A stretch of 248,000 nt of DNA from Hyalangium minutum (GCF_000737315.1 NZ_JMCB01000008.1:20001-268000), one strand, 5' to 3'. Positions 74,025 to 85,100 are shown, counted from the first letter of the stretch. Notes: a model not told the origin generated them from the sequence alone. A program made the numbers and translations.

Positions 74025-74858
74025 ATGCCCTTTCGGAAGCTGGCGCACCTCTCGGATCTCCACCTGGACCTGAGCCCTGGCAGCGACGCGGCGGCCCGAG
74101 CCCTGGTGGAGAGCCTCCTCGCCGCGCAGGTGGATCATGTGGTGGTGACGGGAGACCTGACGCACCAGGGAGCGAGCGCGGAGTTCCGCCGCTTCCGGGA
74201 GATCTTCGCCCCGCTGCTCGATACGGGGCGGCTCACCTTCATCCCCGGCAACCATGACCGCCCTGGGGACGACGTGGTCGGCCGGTGGATGCAGGGCCGC
74301 AAGGTGTGCACCGTGGAGCGCGAGGGCCTTTACCTCGTGTGCATCGACTCCACCGGGCCACACAACCGCTCCTACTTCGCAAGCCATGGCGCCCTGTCGT
74401 TGGCAGAGTTGGAGGAGGTGGACGCCGCCGTGGCCGCCGCTCCGCGCGAGGCGCTCACGGTTCTCCTGCTGCACCACCACGTGCTGCCTCTGCCCGAGGA
74501 GAGCCTGCCCGAGCGGCTGGCCACTCGGATGGGCTGGCCCTACGCCTCGGAGCTGGTGCTAGGAGCCAAGCTGGTGGCTCGCGTCCGAGGGCGCTGCGAC
74601 CTGATCCTGCATGGGCACCGGCACGTCCCCCGGGAGTTTGATCTGGGGCTGCACCAGGGGAGGGCTCTGCGGGTGTACAACTCGGGCAGCTCCACGGAAC
74701 TGGGACAGTTCCGGATGTTCACGCATGCGGGCGGACGCCTGCTCGCTGCCCCAGCGTGGCAGCAGACGGCGATGGCTCCGGCGCCGAGGACCGCGAGCCA
74801 TAACGTGCTGCCTGCGCTCCAGTACTTGGCGAACCAGCTGAGCACGTCGCTCTTCTGA
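74025..74858 (+). CDS. Metallophosphoesterase
   Basis: SDLH, TGD, GNHD, HH, GHRH. Confidence 0.85.
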   Translation: MPFRKLAHLSDLHLDLSPGSDAAARALVESLLAAQVDHVVVTGDLTHQGASAEFRRFREIFAPLLDTGRLTFIPGNHDRPGDDVVGRWMQGRKVCTVEREGLYLVCIDSTGPHNRSYFASHGALSLAELEEVDAAVAAAPREALTVLLLHHHVLPLPEESLPERLATRMGWPYASELVLGAKLVARVRGRCDLILHGHRHVPREFDLGLHQGRALRVYNSGSSTELGQFRMFTHAGGRLLAAPAWQQTAMAPAPRTASHNVLPALQYLANQLSTSLF

Positions 74859-74951
74859 GGGCCCCTCCTGGCTCCGGCCCGGTTCGCTCCCCTGCCCTCC
74901 GACCCAGCAGGCCCCAGGCCTTCCGTTGAATGCTGGGGTCACTTCTCGGGG

Positions 74952-75356
74952 TTGTCCTCGTGTCAGGGAGGTTCTTTGGGTCGACCAAGCACCAACGGGA
75001 ATGGGGTACGCAAGGTTCTGGTCGTCGATGACGACGCGGACTGGCGAGAGTTCCTGAGGCTGTGTCTGGAGGAGCTCGGCTACGAGGCCATCGAGGCTGC
75101 GGATGGGCAGGAGGCCTTGGACTCGCTCTCCCGAGAAAAGTACGGCGTCGTGCTGCTCGACCTGAACATGCCAGGGATGAGCGGCTTAGAGGTCGCGGAG
75201 CGGATGCCGCGCAACACGAAGCCGCGCGTCGTCTTCCTCACCTCCGCCGCGGCCTCGGATGTGGGCAGCGCCTTGATGTCGGGCCCCCACTACTACCTGC
75301 CCAAGGGCGCCAGCCGCGACCAGCTGTCGCTCCTCCTACAATCGCTCGAAGCCTGA
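74952..75356 (+). CDS. Single-domain response regulator
   Basis: VVDDD, DLNMP, YLPK; start uncertain. Confidence 0.8.
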   Translation: MSSCQGGSLGRPSTNGNGVRKVLVVDDDADWREFLRLCLEELGYEAIEAADGQEALDSLSREKYGVVLLDLNMPGMSGLEVAERMPRNTKPRVVFLTSAAASDVGSALMSGPHYYLPKGASRDQLSLLLQSLEA

Positions 75357-75461
75357 GTTCAGAGTAGCCACCAGGGTGGCTGCTCGCGCTAGAACTTCCA
75401 CAGTGGGCCAGGGTGCTCTTCTGGGGAGGATCTCATCGCGTCGGAACTCGTCATCGTTTTA

Positions 75462-76742
75462 TTGCTGGTGCTGGCGAATGGAGTCTTCGCTGGCGCGGAG
75501 CTCGCGCTGCTCACGCTGCGCAAGACCCGTCTGCGCGAGCTTGTAGATGAAGGGAGCGGCGCGGCCCGGGCCATCACCGCCCTGAGAGACAACCCCGAGC
75601 GTCTGCTCGCCACGGTGCAGATCGGCATCACGGTCGTCGGCTCGACGGCCGCGGCCTTTGGCGGCGCTTCGCTGGCGCACCCGCTCGCGGGGTTATTGGT
75701 CCAGTTGGGGGTGGGCTCGCAGACAGCGGAGAGCCTGGCCTTTGCTGGGGTGGTTGGCTTCATCTCCTACCTGTCGCTGGTGCTGGGTGAGCTGGTTCCC
75801 AAGTCGCTCGCGCTGCGCTACTCCGAGCGGTACGCGCTGTTCATTGGCCGGCCGCTCCATGGGCTGGCGTGGCTGGTCCAGCCGCTGGTGTGGCTGCTGA
75901 CGGCCAGCTCCAACGTGCTGCTGCGCTTCTTCGGGGACAAGACGAACTTCGCCGAGGCGCGGCTGTCTCCCGAGGAGCTACAGCAGCTCGTGGAGGAGGC
76001 GGCGAAGATGGGCTCGCTGGATCCGCGGGCGGGGGAGATTGCCTCGCGGGCCTTTGATCTGACGGACCTGACGTTGTCGGCAGTGATGGTGCCTCGGCAC
76101 CGCATCGTGGCCCTGCGCCGGCACGCGAGCGCGGAGGAGATCCGGCAGGTGCTGCTGGAGCACGGGCACTCGCGGATGCCGGTCTACGAGGGGTCGCTGG
76201 ACAACGTCGTGGGCTACGTCATCGCGAAGGATCTGCTGGGGGTGGCGTGGGAGGGAACGCTCATTGTCCTGGAGGACGTGCTGCGCCCGGCCTACTTCGT
76301 CTTCGAGACGATGCGGGCGCTGGACGCGCTGAAGGAGCTGCAGAAGCGCCGCATGCAGCTGGCCATCGTGGTGGATGAGCGTGGTGGGGTGCAGGGTTTG
76401 GTGACGACGGAGGATCTGGTCGAGGAGCTGGTGGGGGACATCCTCAGCGAGACGGAGACGCCAGAGGAGCTGATCAAGCGCGAGAGCCCAACCACGGCGG
76501 TGGTGCAGGGCACGGCGAGCTTGAGGGAGATCAACCGGGAGCTGGGCCTCGAGTTGGAGGAGGGCCATGGGTACTCGACCATCGGAGGCCTGTGCTCCGC
76601 CAAGACAGGGGCCATCCCGGAGAGAGGGACGCGGCTGACGCTGGATGACGGCACGGTGCTCGAGGTGCTGGACGCCACGCCACGCCGGGTGCGCACGGTG
76701 CGCATCCACCTGCCGCCTCCGCCGTCCCCGACGGAGTCCTGA
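75462..76742 (+). CDS. HlyC/CorC (CNNM) family transporter
   Basis: NGVFAGAE, TVQIGIT, GELVPK, CBS pair, CorC domain. Confidence 0.9.
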   Translation: MLVLANGVFAGAELALLTLRKTRLRELVDEGSGAARAITALRDNPERLLATVQIGITVVGSTAAAFGGASLAHPLAGLLVQLGVGSQTAESLAFAGVVGFISYLSLVLGELVPKSLALRYSERYALFIGRPLHGLAWLVQPLVWLLTASSNVLLRFFGDKTNFAEARLSPEELQQLVEEAAKMGSLDPRAGEIASRAFDLTDLTLSAVMVPRHRIVALRRHASAEEIRQVLLEHGHSRMPVYEGSLDNVVGYVIAKDLLGVAWEGTLIVLEDVLRPAYFVFETMRALDALKELQKRRMQLAIVVDERGGVQGLVTTEDLVEELVGDILSETETPEELIKRESPTTAVVQGTASLREINRELGLELEEGHGYSTIGGLCSAKTGAIPERGTRLTLDDGTVLEVLDATPRRVRTVRIHLPPPPSPTES

Positions 76743-77004
76743 GCCAAGATGAATGAGGGGCAGCATTGAGTCCGAAACGCTGGAGAGTGTCTCCTGAGGT
76801 GGCTGGGGAGTTGGGCAAAAACACTCTCATGGATTCGTCGGTTCATCCGCCGCGTGTGTCACACCTTCACTGTCGCTTTGAGGGATGGCTCGGTGATGAT
76901 CTACTCCAAACGTTCCCGTGTTTTCTGGCCTCCGCCTTCCTTGCGGAGGAGCTAAAAAAACACGGGGCTTGTAGGGATTAAGGAGGCCCTCTTCAGGAAC
77001 GGAT

Positions 77005-77661
77005 GTGGCCATGAGTTCCCGCACTTGCAGCGTTCTGCTGCTACTGCTCTCCGCCTGCGCTACGACAGAGCCTCAGCAGCGCAAGCCGAAGCAGCACAGA
77101 CAGGTGGCCATTCCCTGGGCTCCCCTCGTCGCACCGAAGCCCGTTGCACCCGTTCTTCCGTCGCCCGGCTTGGCTCCGCCCATGACCGTCATGGTGGACC
77201 CTGGTGCACAGATGCAACAAGAACCGGATGCGAACCCGGCGCCGGAGAGGTCCAGATCGAACAGGGATCCGCCCGCCCCGGTGGCTCCGGAACCCCGTCC
77301 TGAGTGCATCCCCCACATCAAGCCGCACCTTGGCGGAGATCCCCTGCACAATCAGTGCGCCGACAACGTTCCGCAGAACGGTGTTCCCGGCTTTGATGCG
77401 CTCGTCAATGGTAAGCATTTCGACGCACTGCAAATCCGCGCGGGCGTTCTGTGGGAGGTCAAGACCGATAACTTCGACACGTACGCGGTCGCCCTTCAGG
77501 AGATTGTGATCGAGAAACAGGTGCTGGAATTGCAGCGCGAGCGCGATCTCGCACGCGCTTGTGGGTATGCCTTCGTAGTAGGCGTTCGTAGCGACGCGCA
77601 CCGGAAAGCTCTGCGCGACGCAGACCCCTCCCTCAACATCGTCGTCATGGACTGGTGCTGA
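77005..77661 (+). CDS. DUF6310-like lipoprotein toxin (PD-(D/E)xK), short form
   Basis: LSAC lipobox; KHFDAL...WEVKT. Confidence 0.65.
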   Translation: MAMSSRTCSVLLLLLSACATTEPQQRKPKQHRQVAIPWAPLVAPKPVAPVLPSPGLAPPMTVMVDPGAQMQQEPDANPAPERSRSNRDPPAPVAPEPRPECIPHIKPHLGGDPLHNQCADNVPQNGVPGFDALVNGKHFDALQIRAGVLWEVKTDNFDTYAVALQEIVIEKQVLELQRERDLARACGYAFVVGVRSDAHRKALRDADPSLNIVVMDWC

Positions 77662-77662
77662 A

Positions 77663-78421
77663 ATGGCCGCCTCGCCAGACTCCTTCCTTCTTGTCGTCTA
77701 TGCGCCTGCGCTCAGCAGCGATGGCAGCCGCACCTTGGCCGTTATTCGTGGAATGGAACGCGCGCTTCCCGGCTTGCACCTGTCGTGGACGATTTCTGAC
77801 GAGGGTCGGTTCATCCCAGCACCGCAGCGCGATGCGTGGGGCACGGCCAAGACGACCGATGGAAGATTTCCGCTGCTCTGCAATGGCGATGAGGGTCACT
77901 TCGTGACGATCTCTCGCAGGGAAACACCGGCGAGCCAGAATCCTGGTGGGCAGCCACAGTTTGAAGTTCATGCGAAGTGGCCCCTGGACGCTGCGGGTAT
78001 CGCGGCAGCGGGGAAGGTGCTCGAAGAGGTAGCGGAGGGTGCACGCGCGCTGTGGGGGCATGCCACGCCGAAGCGCGCGGCGGGGGACATCGCGGAGCAG
78101 ACGAGCCCCACGCTGGCGGGCTCGCCAAGGCCACCCCGGGGCCTGCCAGCGCTCAAGCTCCCAGAGAAAATCCGCTCGCCTGAGATTCCGCATCGCCTCG
78201 GGTGGCTCAACTACTGGTCAGCCGCCACTGCACAAGCCATCGCGTTCCCGGACCCTGCTCGCGACGCCGAGTTGCTCTCTAGGGCGCAGAGCACGGCGAC
78301 AGGCGGGTGGGTTGTGAAGCTCACGGATGCGCCGCTCGATCTCGATAACCCCGCCCATCTGGACGCGCTGAAGCGGGCCTACGAGCGCTTCCCGGAGATC
78401 GGTGGACGTTCAACGCCCTGA
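77663..78421 (+). CDS. DUF5953-like immunity protein
   Basis: IPHRLGWLNYWS, GGWVVKLTDAPLDLDNPAH; follows toxin. Confidence 0.65.
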   Translation: MAASPDSFLLVVYAPALSSDGSRTLAVIRGMERALPGLHLSWTISDEGRFIPAPQRDAWGTAKTTDGRFPLLCNGDEGHFVTISRRETPASQNPGGQPQFEVHAKWPLDAAGIAAAGKVLEEVAEGARALWGHATPKRAAGDIAEQTSPTLAGSPRPPRGLPALKLPEKIRSPEIPHRLGWLNYWSAATAQAIAFPDPARDAELLSRAQSTATGGWVVKLTDAPLDLDNPAHLDALKRAYERFPEIGGRSTP

Positions 78422-78480
78422 ACTGGACCGGGGCTTTTCGACGGGGGCCGCGAGCTACTCATCTGCGGCCCCGGAAAAGC

Positions 78481-78529
78481 GAAGGGGCTGGAACCTCCGA
78501 GGGATTTCCTCAGGGATTCCAGCCCCTTC
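78481..78529. terminator. Inverted repeat at 3' side of tRNA-Arg
   Basis: GAAGGGGCTGGAA...TTCCAGCCCCTTC. Confidence 0.55.
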
Positions 78530-78535
78530 CACCAG

Positions 78536-78609
<74 letters not shown>

Positions 78610-78874
78610 AGGAGGCCTGCAACCGAGGGGACAACTAGCCGACTTCCCCCGCTGACGCAAGCACGCAATCCCACAACCCACGACCCGGAAACGCCCTTTC
78701 CACTTTCCAGCACTCGGCGCCCCCTCCAGTCCCCAGGGCCCTGTCCGCCATAGGGCCGGGCTGCCGGCCGAGGGCCTCGGGGAGCGGCCAAGTCATGCTC
78801 CCTCAGGAAGGCACACCGCTGGCGACGTCACCCTCCTGACGGCGCTGGGCTTCCCGGCCCTTCATCCCTTGCCA

Positions 78875-79231
78875 TTAGGGCGAGGGATGAGTCTCCGCCG
78901 GCGGGCTCGAGGGAGCGAACCTCGGCTCCGGCGCCTGCGGAGCGCGCCCTCCCCCGCCGCCCGAGGGAAGCTGGGGCAACGGCCACCCCTCGAAGAGAGG
79001 CCAGCCTCGGTAGTAATCCGCTGCACCGGACGAGGCCTCACCTGGAGCCTGTGGAGCGGGCTGTACCTCTGCCCCTGGGACGCTCTGCCGGGGGGCCTCT
79101 CGAGTCCCCTGCGCCCCCGGTGGCCGCGTCCTGAGCAGCACCACGACCAAGACCGCGCTCAAGAGGAACATGAGCACGATGCCCGCCACGCGGGCACGGT
79201 CCTCCTCCATCCCTGTGTCCACAGTGTCCAT
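78875..79231 (-). CDS. Hypothetical membrane-anchored protein
   Basis: N-terminal TM, Pro-rich tail. Confidence 0.4.
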   Translation of the reverse strand: MDTVDTGMEEDRARVAGIVLMFLLSAVLVVVLLRTRPPGAQGTREAPRQSVPGAEVQPAPQAPGEASSGAADYYRGWPLFEGWPLPQLPSGGGGGRAPQAPEPRFAPSSPPAETHPSP

Positions 79232-79232
79232 G

Positions 79233-80975
79233 TCAGAAGCGCCCTTGCTTCAACACATCGCTCTTGGAAATCGTGCCGAGCAACCTCCGCTCGGTGTCGA
79301 CGACAGGCAGGCGCTCGAGCGGTGTCGTGGCAAAGCGCGCCGCCACCTCGGACAGGGAGAGGTCCGGCGTCACGGGCCGGAGGTGCCGATCCATCACGTC
79401 CGCCGCGATGGTCGCTCCCAACAGCGAGTAGTCCGGCAGGTGGCCCTTGAGCTCGTCCAGCGTGATTGTCCCCAGGTACCGGCCCTCCTCGTCCGTGACG
79501 TAGAGGTCCGCCCCCGAGGGTTGCTCCAGCAGCAACACGACGATCTCCTGGAACGAAGCCGACGGCGGGACGCGGTCCCGCACCGGCATCAACATGGCCC
79601 GGGTCCCCTCCTCGCGCAGCCAGTGTGGAACGCTCTCGGGGATGCGCACGTTGCGGCGGCTGAGCACGGACGTATAGAGCGACTCGGGCTCCAGCCGTCG
79701 GCTGATCATCGTCGCCAGGAAGGCCCCCAGCATCAGCGGAAGGATGAGCCCGTAGTCCCCCGTCAGCTCGAAGATGATGAGGACCGCCGACACGGGCGCA
79801 TGCGTGGTCCCCGCGAGCACCGCCCCCATCCCAAGCAAGGCATAGGCCCCACTCGGGGCTCCTCCGGGCCACACGTACTGCATGACCTGGCCAAAGGCGC
79901 CGCCCAGCAGTGCTCCATAGAAGAGCGAGGGTGTGAAGAGCCCGCCCGGAACCCCCGCCCCCGCGCAGAGCGACGTCGCCAGCAGCTTCGCCAGGGGCAG
80001 CACCACCAGCAGCACCAGCGACAGCTTCCCCAGCAGTGCCGCGTTCACCGCGTCATAGCCATTTCCCAGCAGGTGCGGCAGCCACACGGCCGCCAGCCCC
80101 ACCAGTGTCATCGCTCCCAGTGGCAGGAAGGGTGTGAGCTTCCGAGGGACCCGATCGAGCAGGTCCGACAGCACGTTGATGCCGCGCACATAAAGCGCGG
80201 AGGCGCCCCCCAGGAGCACGCCCAGGAGCACGGCCAGCAGCAGCTCGCGCGGGTGCATCACATAGTGAGGGATGACGTAGCTGGGGTGATCCGCGATGAG
80301 GATCCGCGACACGAGGGTGGCCACCACGCACGCCAGGACGATGGGACCGAACAGCTCCAGCGCGAACGAGCCCAGCAGCACCTCCAGGCCAAAGAGGGCC
80401 GCGCCGATGGGCACGTTGTAGGCCGAGGCCACCCCCGCCGCCGCGCCACACGCCACCAGCAACCGGGCCTGCCCCGGCCCCAGCCTCAGCCAGTGCCCCA
80501 GGAAGGAGCCACTCGCCGCACCCGTCTGCAGCAGCGCGCCCTCGCGGCCCAGAGGCGCCCCGAGCGCTACCGCGACGATAGAGACCAGGCCCCTCAGCAG
80601 CGCCCGAGGCAGGGACAGCCGGCCCGACTTGACCCAGATGGACTCGATGATGCCGGCGGTTCCGTGCCCTCGCAGCGGCTGGCCGATGAGGAGCGTCACC
80701 AGCGAGACCAGGGCGCCGCCCAGCACCGGGACGAGGAAGCGCCTCCAGGACGGCGAGGCGATGACGCCCGAGAGGAACCCCTCCGCCTCGCTCCCCCAGA
80801 AGAGGTGCTGGGTGAAGCGCAGCACCTTGAGCAGCACCACTGCCCCCATCCCCGAGATGAGCCCCACGAGGGCGACGAGCAGCCAGAACCGGCGCTCGGC
80901 CCGGACCAGGCCACGCAAGGTGTTACGGAGTCGTGAGCGGAAGCCGCGGAACGGTTCCAGCCTGGGAGTGGGCAT
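79233..80975 (-). CDS. ClC chloride channel with CBS domains
   Basis: GREG, GGLFTP, C-terminal CBS pair. Confidence 0.9.
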   Translation of the reverse strand: MPTPRLEPFRGFRSRLRNTLRGLVRAERRFWLLVALVGLISGMGAVVLLKVLRFTQHLFWGSEAEGFLSGVIASPSWRRFLVPVLGGALVSLVTLLIGQPLRGHGTAGIIESIWVKSGRLSLPRALLRGLVSIVAVALGAPLGREGALLQTGAASGSFLGHWLRLGPGQARLLVACGAAAGVASAYNVPIGAALFGLEVLLGSFALELFGPIVLACVVATLVSRILIADHPSYVIPHYVMHPRELLLAVLLGVLLGGASALYVRGINVLSDLLDRVPRKLTPFLPLGAMTLVGLAAVWLPHLLGNGYDAVNAALLGKLSLVLLVVLPLAKLLATSLCAGAGVPGGLFTPSLFYGALLGGAFGQVMQYVWPGGAPSGAYALLGMGAVLAGTTHAPVSAVLIIFELTGDYGLILPLMLGAFLATMISRRLEPESLYTSVLSRRNVRIPESVPHWLREEGTRAMLMPVRDRVPPSASFQEIVVLLLEQPSGADLYVTDEEGRYLGTITLDELKGHLPDYSLLGATIAADVMDRHLRPVTPDLSLSEVAARFATTPLERLPVVDTERRLLGTISKSDVLKQGRF

Positions 80976-81077
80976 CGAGAGTGTCGCCACGTCCCTCAAT
81001 CTAGGGAGGGCCGACAGCCCATGCGGGACGGCCGCCCGTCTGCTTACAGTGTCACCCGGCGAGACGCCGAGCCCCCC

Positions 81078-81902
81078 TCACTCCGCTCGGCCGAGCAGGA
81101 AGGACAGCGCCAGCAACGTGAGCACCACCGACGTCACCCAGACAAACGCGCGGTCCCGCTGCTGCCGGAAGATGAGGAGCGACAGCGCCACCCGCGCCAC
81201 GGGGATCGCCATCATCACGAGCAAGATGTCCCCTCTCGCGAAGTAGACGCCTGCGCTGGCCGCCGCCGTTACCCCGATCATGAAGTTGCTGGTGGCCGTG
81301 GACACCTTCAGGGGCAGCCGCATGGCCAGGTCCATGGCTGGCACCTTCAGCGCGCCCGAGCCGATGCCCAGCAGCCCACTCACCGTCCCCGCCGCGTACA
81401 TGAGCGCCAGCCCGGTGAGCGGCCGGGTGACGCGGTTGTCCACCTCGCGGCCGGTGGCCTCGTCGAAGTAGCTGCTGTGCAGCGCCAGCCGGTCCGCCAG
81501 CGCATCCGGTGGCACCGGAGCATCCGCTCGCGCCCCCAGCTTGCGCAGCATCGCCAAGGCCGAGTACCCCATCACCAAGCCGAAGACGAGGTACAGCCCA
81601 CGCCCACCCACCACGCCCGCGAGGAAGGCTCCCGTGAGCGCCCCCGCTGTGGTCGCCATCTCCAGGAACATGGCCACGCGCAGGTTCGCCAGCCGGTCCC
81701 TCACATAAGCCGCGGCGGCCCCACTGGAGGTGGCGATGACGGACACGATGGAGGCCCCCACCGCATAGCGGATGTCCACCTTGAGCAGCAGCGTGAGGAC
81801 GGGAACCAGGATGAGCCCACCCCCCAGCCCCAGCAGCGAGCCCAGCAGCCCCGCGGTGACGGAGATGGCGAACACCACGGTGACGAAGAGAAAGGGAGTC
81901 AT
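81078..81902 (-). pseudogene. TauE/SafE (TSUP) gene fused by deletion to DUF1634 C-terminus
   Basis: TSUP motifs to RGDI, then IPVARV...SFLLG DUF1634 tail. Confidence 0.6.
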
Positions 81903-82104
81903 CGCGCCAGGAGAAGGCGCCCTCACCTTCCCTCTTCCGCTCCCCGTCGACAACCCGCGGCGCGAGTCTGAGTCATGGAAGGTATGTGCCCGCCTGCTCG
82001 GAAACGGGGGTGGAGCCACTGTGGGGCAAGAATGCGTCCGGTGGTCATCAGGGCAGAGCGGACGATGCCCGCCTCCCTCGGGGTGCCCAGGTTGTGGCTG
82101 GACC

Positions 82105-84669
82105 ATGCGCCTTCCCCTCCCTCGCTCCCGTCTCCCAGAGCCTCTGGACAGCACTCGCGGTCTGAGCGAGGCCGAAGTGGCCGCGCGCCGACAGCGCTAT
82201 GGGCGCAACAACATCCTCGAGGCGCCTTCCTACACCTGGGCCGAGCTGTGCCGGAACACCGTGAGCGATCCCATGCTCTGGTTCCTGGTGTGCACCAGCG
82301 TGCTCTACCTCGTCCTGGGACAGCCAGTGGAGGGCTGGACGCTGCTGGCCGCGATCGTGCCGCTGGCGGGGATGGACGCCTGGCTCCACCACCGGACGCG
82401 CGCCTCGATGGAGGGCTTGAGCCACCAGTTGGCCGAACACGCCGTCGTCCTGCGAGAAGGCACGCTGCAGCGGGTGGAGGCCACGGATGTGGTGGTGGGG
82501 GATCTGGTGGAGGTGGCCGCGGGAGAGCCCTTCCCCGCCGACGGACTGGTGGTGGCGGGCGAGGGCCTCCAGACGGAGGAGTCGTCGCTGACGGGCGAGT
82601 CTCAGCCCGTGCGCAAGCGGCCCCTCCGCGGCGAGCTCCCACCGGGTAACGATCCCCTGGTGGAGTGGACGCACTGGGGACTGGCGGGGACACGGCTGCT
82701 CACCGGACGCGCGGTTCTCCGGGCCGTCTTCACGGGCGAGGAGACGCTCTATGGGCGGATCACCCGGACGGCCACGCGCCACCAGCGGGCCCGAACGCCC
82801 CTGCAGGCCGCCGTTCAGGGGTTGGTGGCCATCCTCCTGGCCGCCGCGGCGTCCTTCTGCGGTGTCCTCGCCTTCGTGCGCTGGCGCCAGGGCTACGGCT
82901 GGCTGGATGCGATGGTGAGCGCGGCCACGTTGGCGGTGGCGGCACTCCCGGAGGAGTTCCCCGTGGCCCTCACCTTCTTCCTGGGCTCGGGGGTGTACCG
83001 GCTCGCACGCCGCCGAGCCCTCGTGAAGCGGGCCGTGTCGGTGGAGAACATCGGCCGCGTCACCTGCATCTGCATGGACAAGACGGGCACCCTCACCGAG
83101 GGACAGCTCCGCGTCGCCAGCTGCCTGCCCATGGCTCAGGTGTCTCCCGCCCGGCTGCTGCATGCCGCGTCCCGGGCTTCGCGTCCGGAGAACGGCGATC
83201 CGCTGGATGGGGCGATCGCCGCCGCCGCCAGCGCCCAAGGGCCCACGGCGCCTCCCTCCGAGGTGCTGGCCCTCTTCCCCTTCACCGAGGAGCGGCGCCG
83301 GGAGACCGCCGTGGTGCGCGAGGACGATGGCCTCTGGGCCTTCACCAAGGGCTCGCCCGAGGTAGTGCTGGCGGCGTGTACGCTCTCGCCCGAGGAGCGC
83401 GCGGAGTGGAGGCACGAGGTGGAGGCGCAGGCGGCGCAGGGGCGGAAGGTGATCGCGTGCGCGGAGCAGCGGCTCGACGCCCACGGCTGGCTCGGCGGAG
83501 AGCCCTTGCGTGGCCTGCGCTTCCTGGGTCTGGTGGTCTGCGCGGATCCCGTCCGCCCAGGCGTGGCCGAGTCCATCGCCGCCTGCCACCGCGCGGGGAT
83601 TCACCTGGTGATGGTGACGGGAGATCACCCGGAGACGGCCCGCGCGGTGGCACGGGAGATCGGCCTGGGAGGTGAAGCTCCCAGCCTCCTGCTCGGAGAG
83701 GAGCTGGAGGCCCGGCTGAGCCAGACGGGCGGCGTTCTCCCTCGAAACCTGGACATCATCGCGAGGACGCTTCCTGCGCAGAAGCTGGAGCTGGTGCGTG
83801 CGCTGCAGGCCTCCGGAGAGGTGGTGGCGGTCACGGGCGATGGGGTGAACGATGTGCCCGCGCTCCAGGCCGCGGACGTGGGCATCGCGATGGGCGAGCG
83901 TGGCACGCGCAGCGCTCGCGAGGTGGCCTCCATCGTCCTGCTGGACGACAACCTCCACAGCATCGTTGGAGCCATTGCTGAAGGCCGGCAGCTCTTCCAC
84001 AACTTGCGCACGAGCTTCCAGTACCTGCTGCTCATCCACATCCCCCTGGTGGTGACGGCGGCCTTGATTCCGCTGGCGGGCTACCCGCTGCTGTACATGC
84101 CCATCCACGTCATCTGGCTCGAGCTCATCATCCACCCCACGGCCCTGCTGGCGTTCCAGGACGCGGCGAGTCCCGAGGCGCTGCGGCCCTCCGAGCGTCC
84201 TGTCCAGGTGCGCTTCTTCTCGCGCGGCGACTGGGCCGCCGTCTGCGTGTCCAGTGTCGTGCTGGTGGGCGTGATGGTGCTGGGCTACGAGTGGAGCTTG
84301 GGCGGCCATCGCAACGTGGAGCACGCCCGGGCCATGGCGATGGTGGCGCTCACCGTGGCGAGCGCTGGCTTCTGTGCGCTCCTCAGCGGCCTGCGGACCC
84401 GTCTGGCCAAGCTCATCTGCGCGGCCACGCTGGCCAGCGCCCTGGTGCTCGTCCAGGTGCCTGCCCTGGCGCGTCTGCTGCACCTCTCACCCCTGCACGT
84501 TATGGATTGGGGGTGGGCCATCGCGGGAGGAGCCATGGCGTGCCTACCGCTCCTGCCTCGACTCTTCCTCCCGTGGCAGCGCCCGAGGCCCACCCCTCAA
84601 GTGCCGCCAGGCACGCCCAGGCCCAGTCGCCGGTCAGGTTTCAAATGGCCGAGGCAAACGCACGGATGA
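82105..84669 (+). CDS. Cation-transporting P-type ATPase
   Basis: TGES, PEEFP, DKTGT, TGDGVND. Confidence 0.9.
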   Translation: MRLPLPRSRLPEPLDSTRGLSEAEVAARRQRYGRNNILEAPSYTWAELCRNTVSDPMLWFLVCTSVLYLVLGQPVEGWTLLAAIVPLAGMDAWLHHRTRASMEGLSHQLAEHAVVLREGTLQRVEATDVVVGDLVEVAAGEPFPADGLVVAGEGLQTEESSLTGESQPVRKRPLRGELPPGNDPLVEWTHWGLAGTRLLTGRAVLRAVFTGEETLYGRITRTATRHQRARTPLQAAVQGLVAILLAAAASFCGVLAFVRWRQGYGWLDAMVSAATLAVAALPEEFPVALTFFLGSGVYRLARRRALVKRAVSVENIGRVTCICMDKTGTLTEGQLRVASCLPMAQVSPARLLHAASRASRPENGDPLDGAIAAAASAQGPTAPPSEVLALFPFTEERRRETAVVREDDGLWAFTKGSPEVVLAACTLSPEERAEWRHEVEAQAAQGRKVIACAEQRLDAHGWLGGEPLRGLRFLGLVVCADPVRPGVAESIAACHRAGIHLVMVTGDHPETARAVAREIGLGGEAPSLLLGEELEARLSQTGGVLPRNLDIIARTLPAQKLELVRALQASGEVVAVTGDGVNDVPALQAADVGIAMGERGTRSAREVASIVLLDDNLHSIVGAIAEGRQLFHNLRTSFQYLLLIHIPLVVTAALIPLAGYPLLYMPIHVIWLELIIHPTALLAFQDAASPEALRPSERPVQVRFFSRGDWAAVCVSSVVLVGVMVLGYEWSLGGHRNVEHARAMAMVALTVASAGFCALLSGLRTRLAKLICAATLASALVLVQVPALARLLHLSPLHVMDWGWAIAGGAMACLPLLPRLFLPWQRPRPTPQVPPGTPRPSRRSGFKWPRQTHG

Positions 84670-84829
84670 ACTGCTCCTCGCGCTCGCGAGGCATCCGGGG
84701 GGCCGCAGGGAGGGCGGCCTTGCCCCGTCCACCCCCTGTAGCCTTCAGCCCCAACACCGGAGCACTCGGGCGGCAGGACACTTGGTCCACCCACTCTCCC
84801 CTGGGCTCCCGAAGGCCCTACTCTTCTGT

Positions 84830-85100
84830 ATGTCACTCGAACGCTTTTGTCGGAAGCAGGTGGCCACCGCCCTGGCAACCGAGACGGTCCAGGCGGCAGC
84901 CGAGCGAATGACCCAGCAGCACGTCGGTGCCCTCGTCGTCGTGGAGGACTCGGGACAGCCGGTCGGCATCCTGACAGACCGCGACATCGTCTGCCGCGTC
85001 CTGAACGAGCGGCGAGATCCAGGCACCACCTCCATCCGCGAGGTGATGAGCGCCAACCCCGTGGTGGCCCGTGACACCGAACGGATCGACGAGGTGGTCT
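84830..85100 (+). pseudogene. Truncated CBS-domain protein
   Basis: VGALVV...GILTDRD; homology ends at junction with pdhA. Confidence 0.65.

Noticed and set aside
78610-79230. attL repeat of tRNA-Leu at the left island edge
   Set aside because: No copy of the tRNA 3' end found by eye, so the left boundary remains unproven
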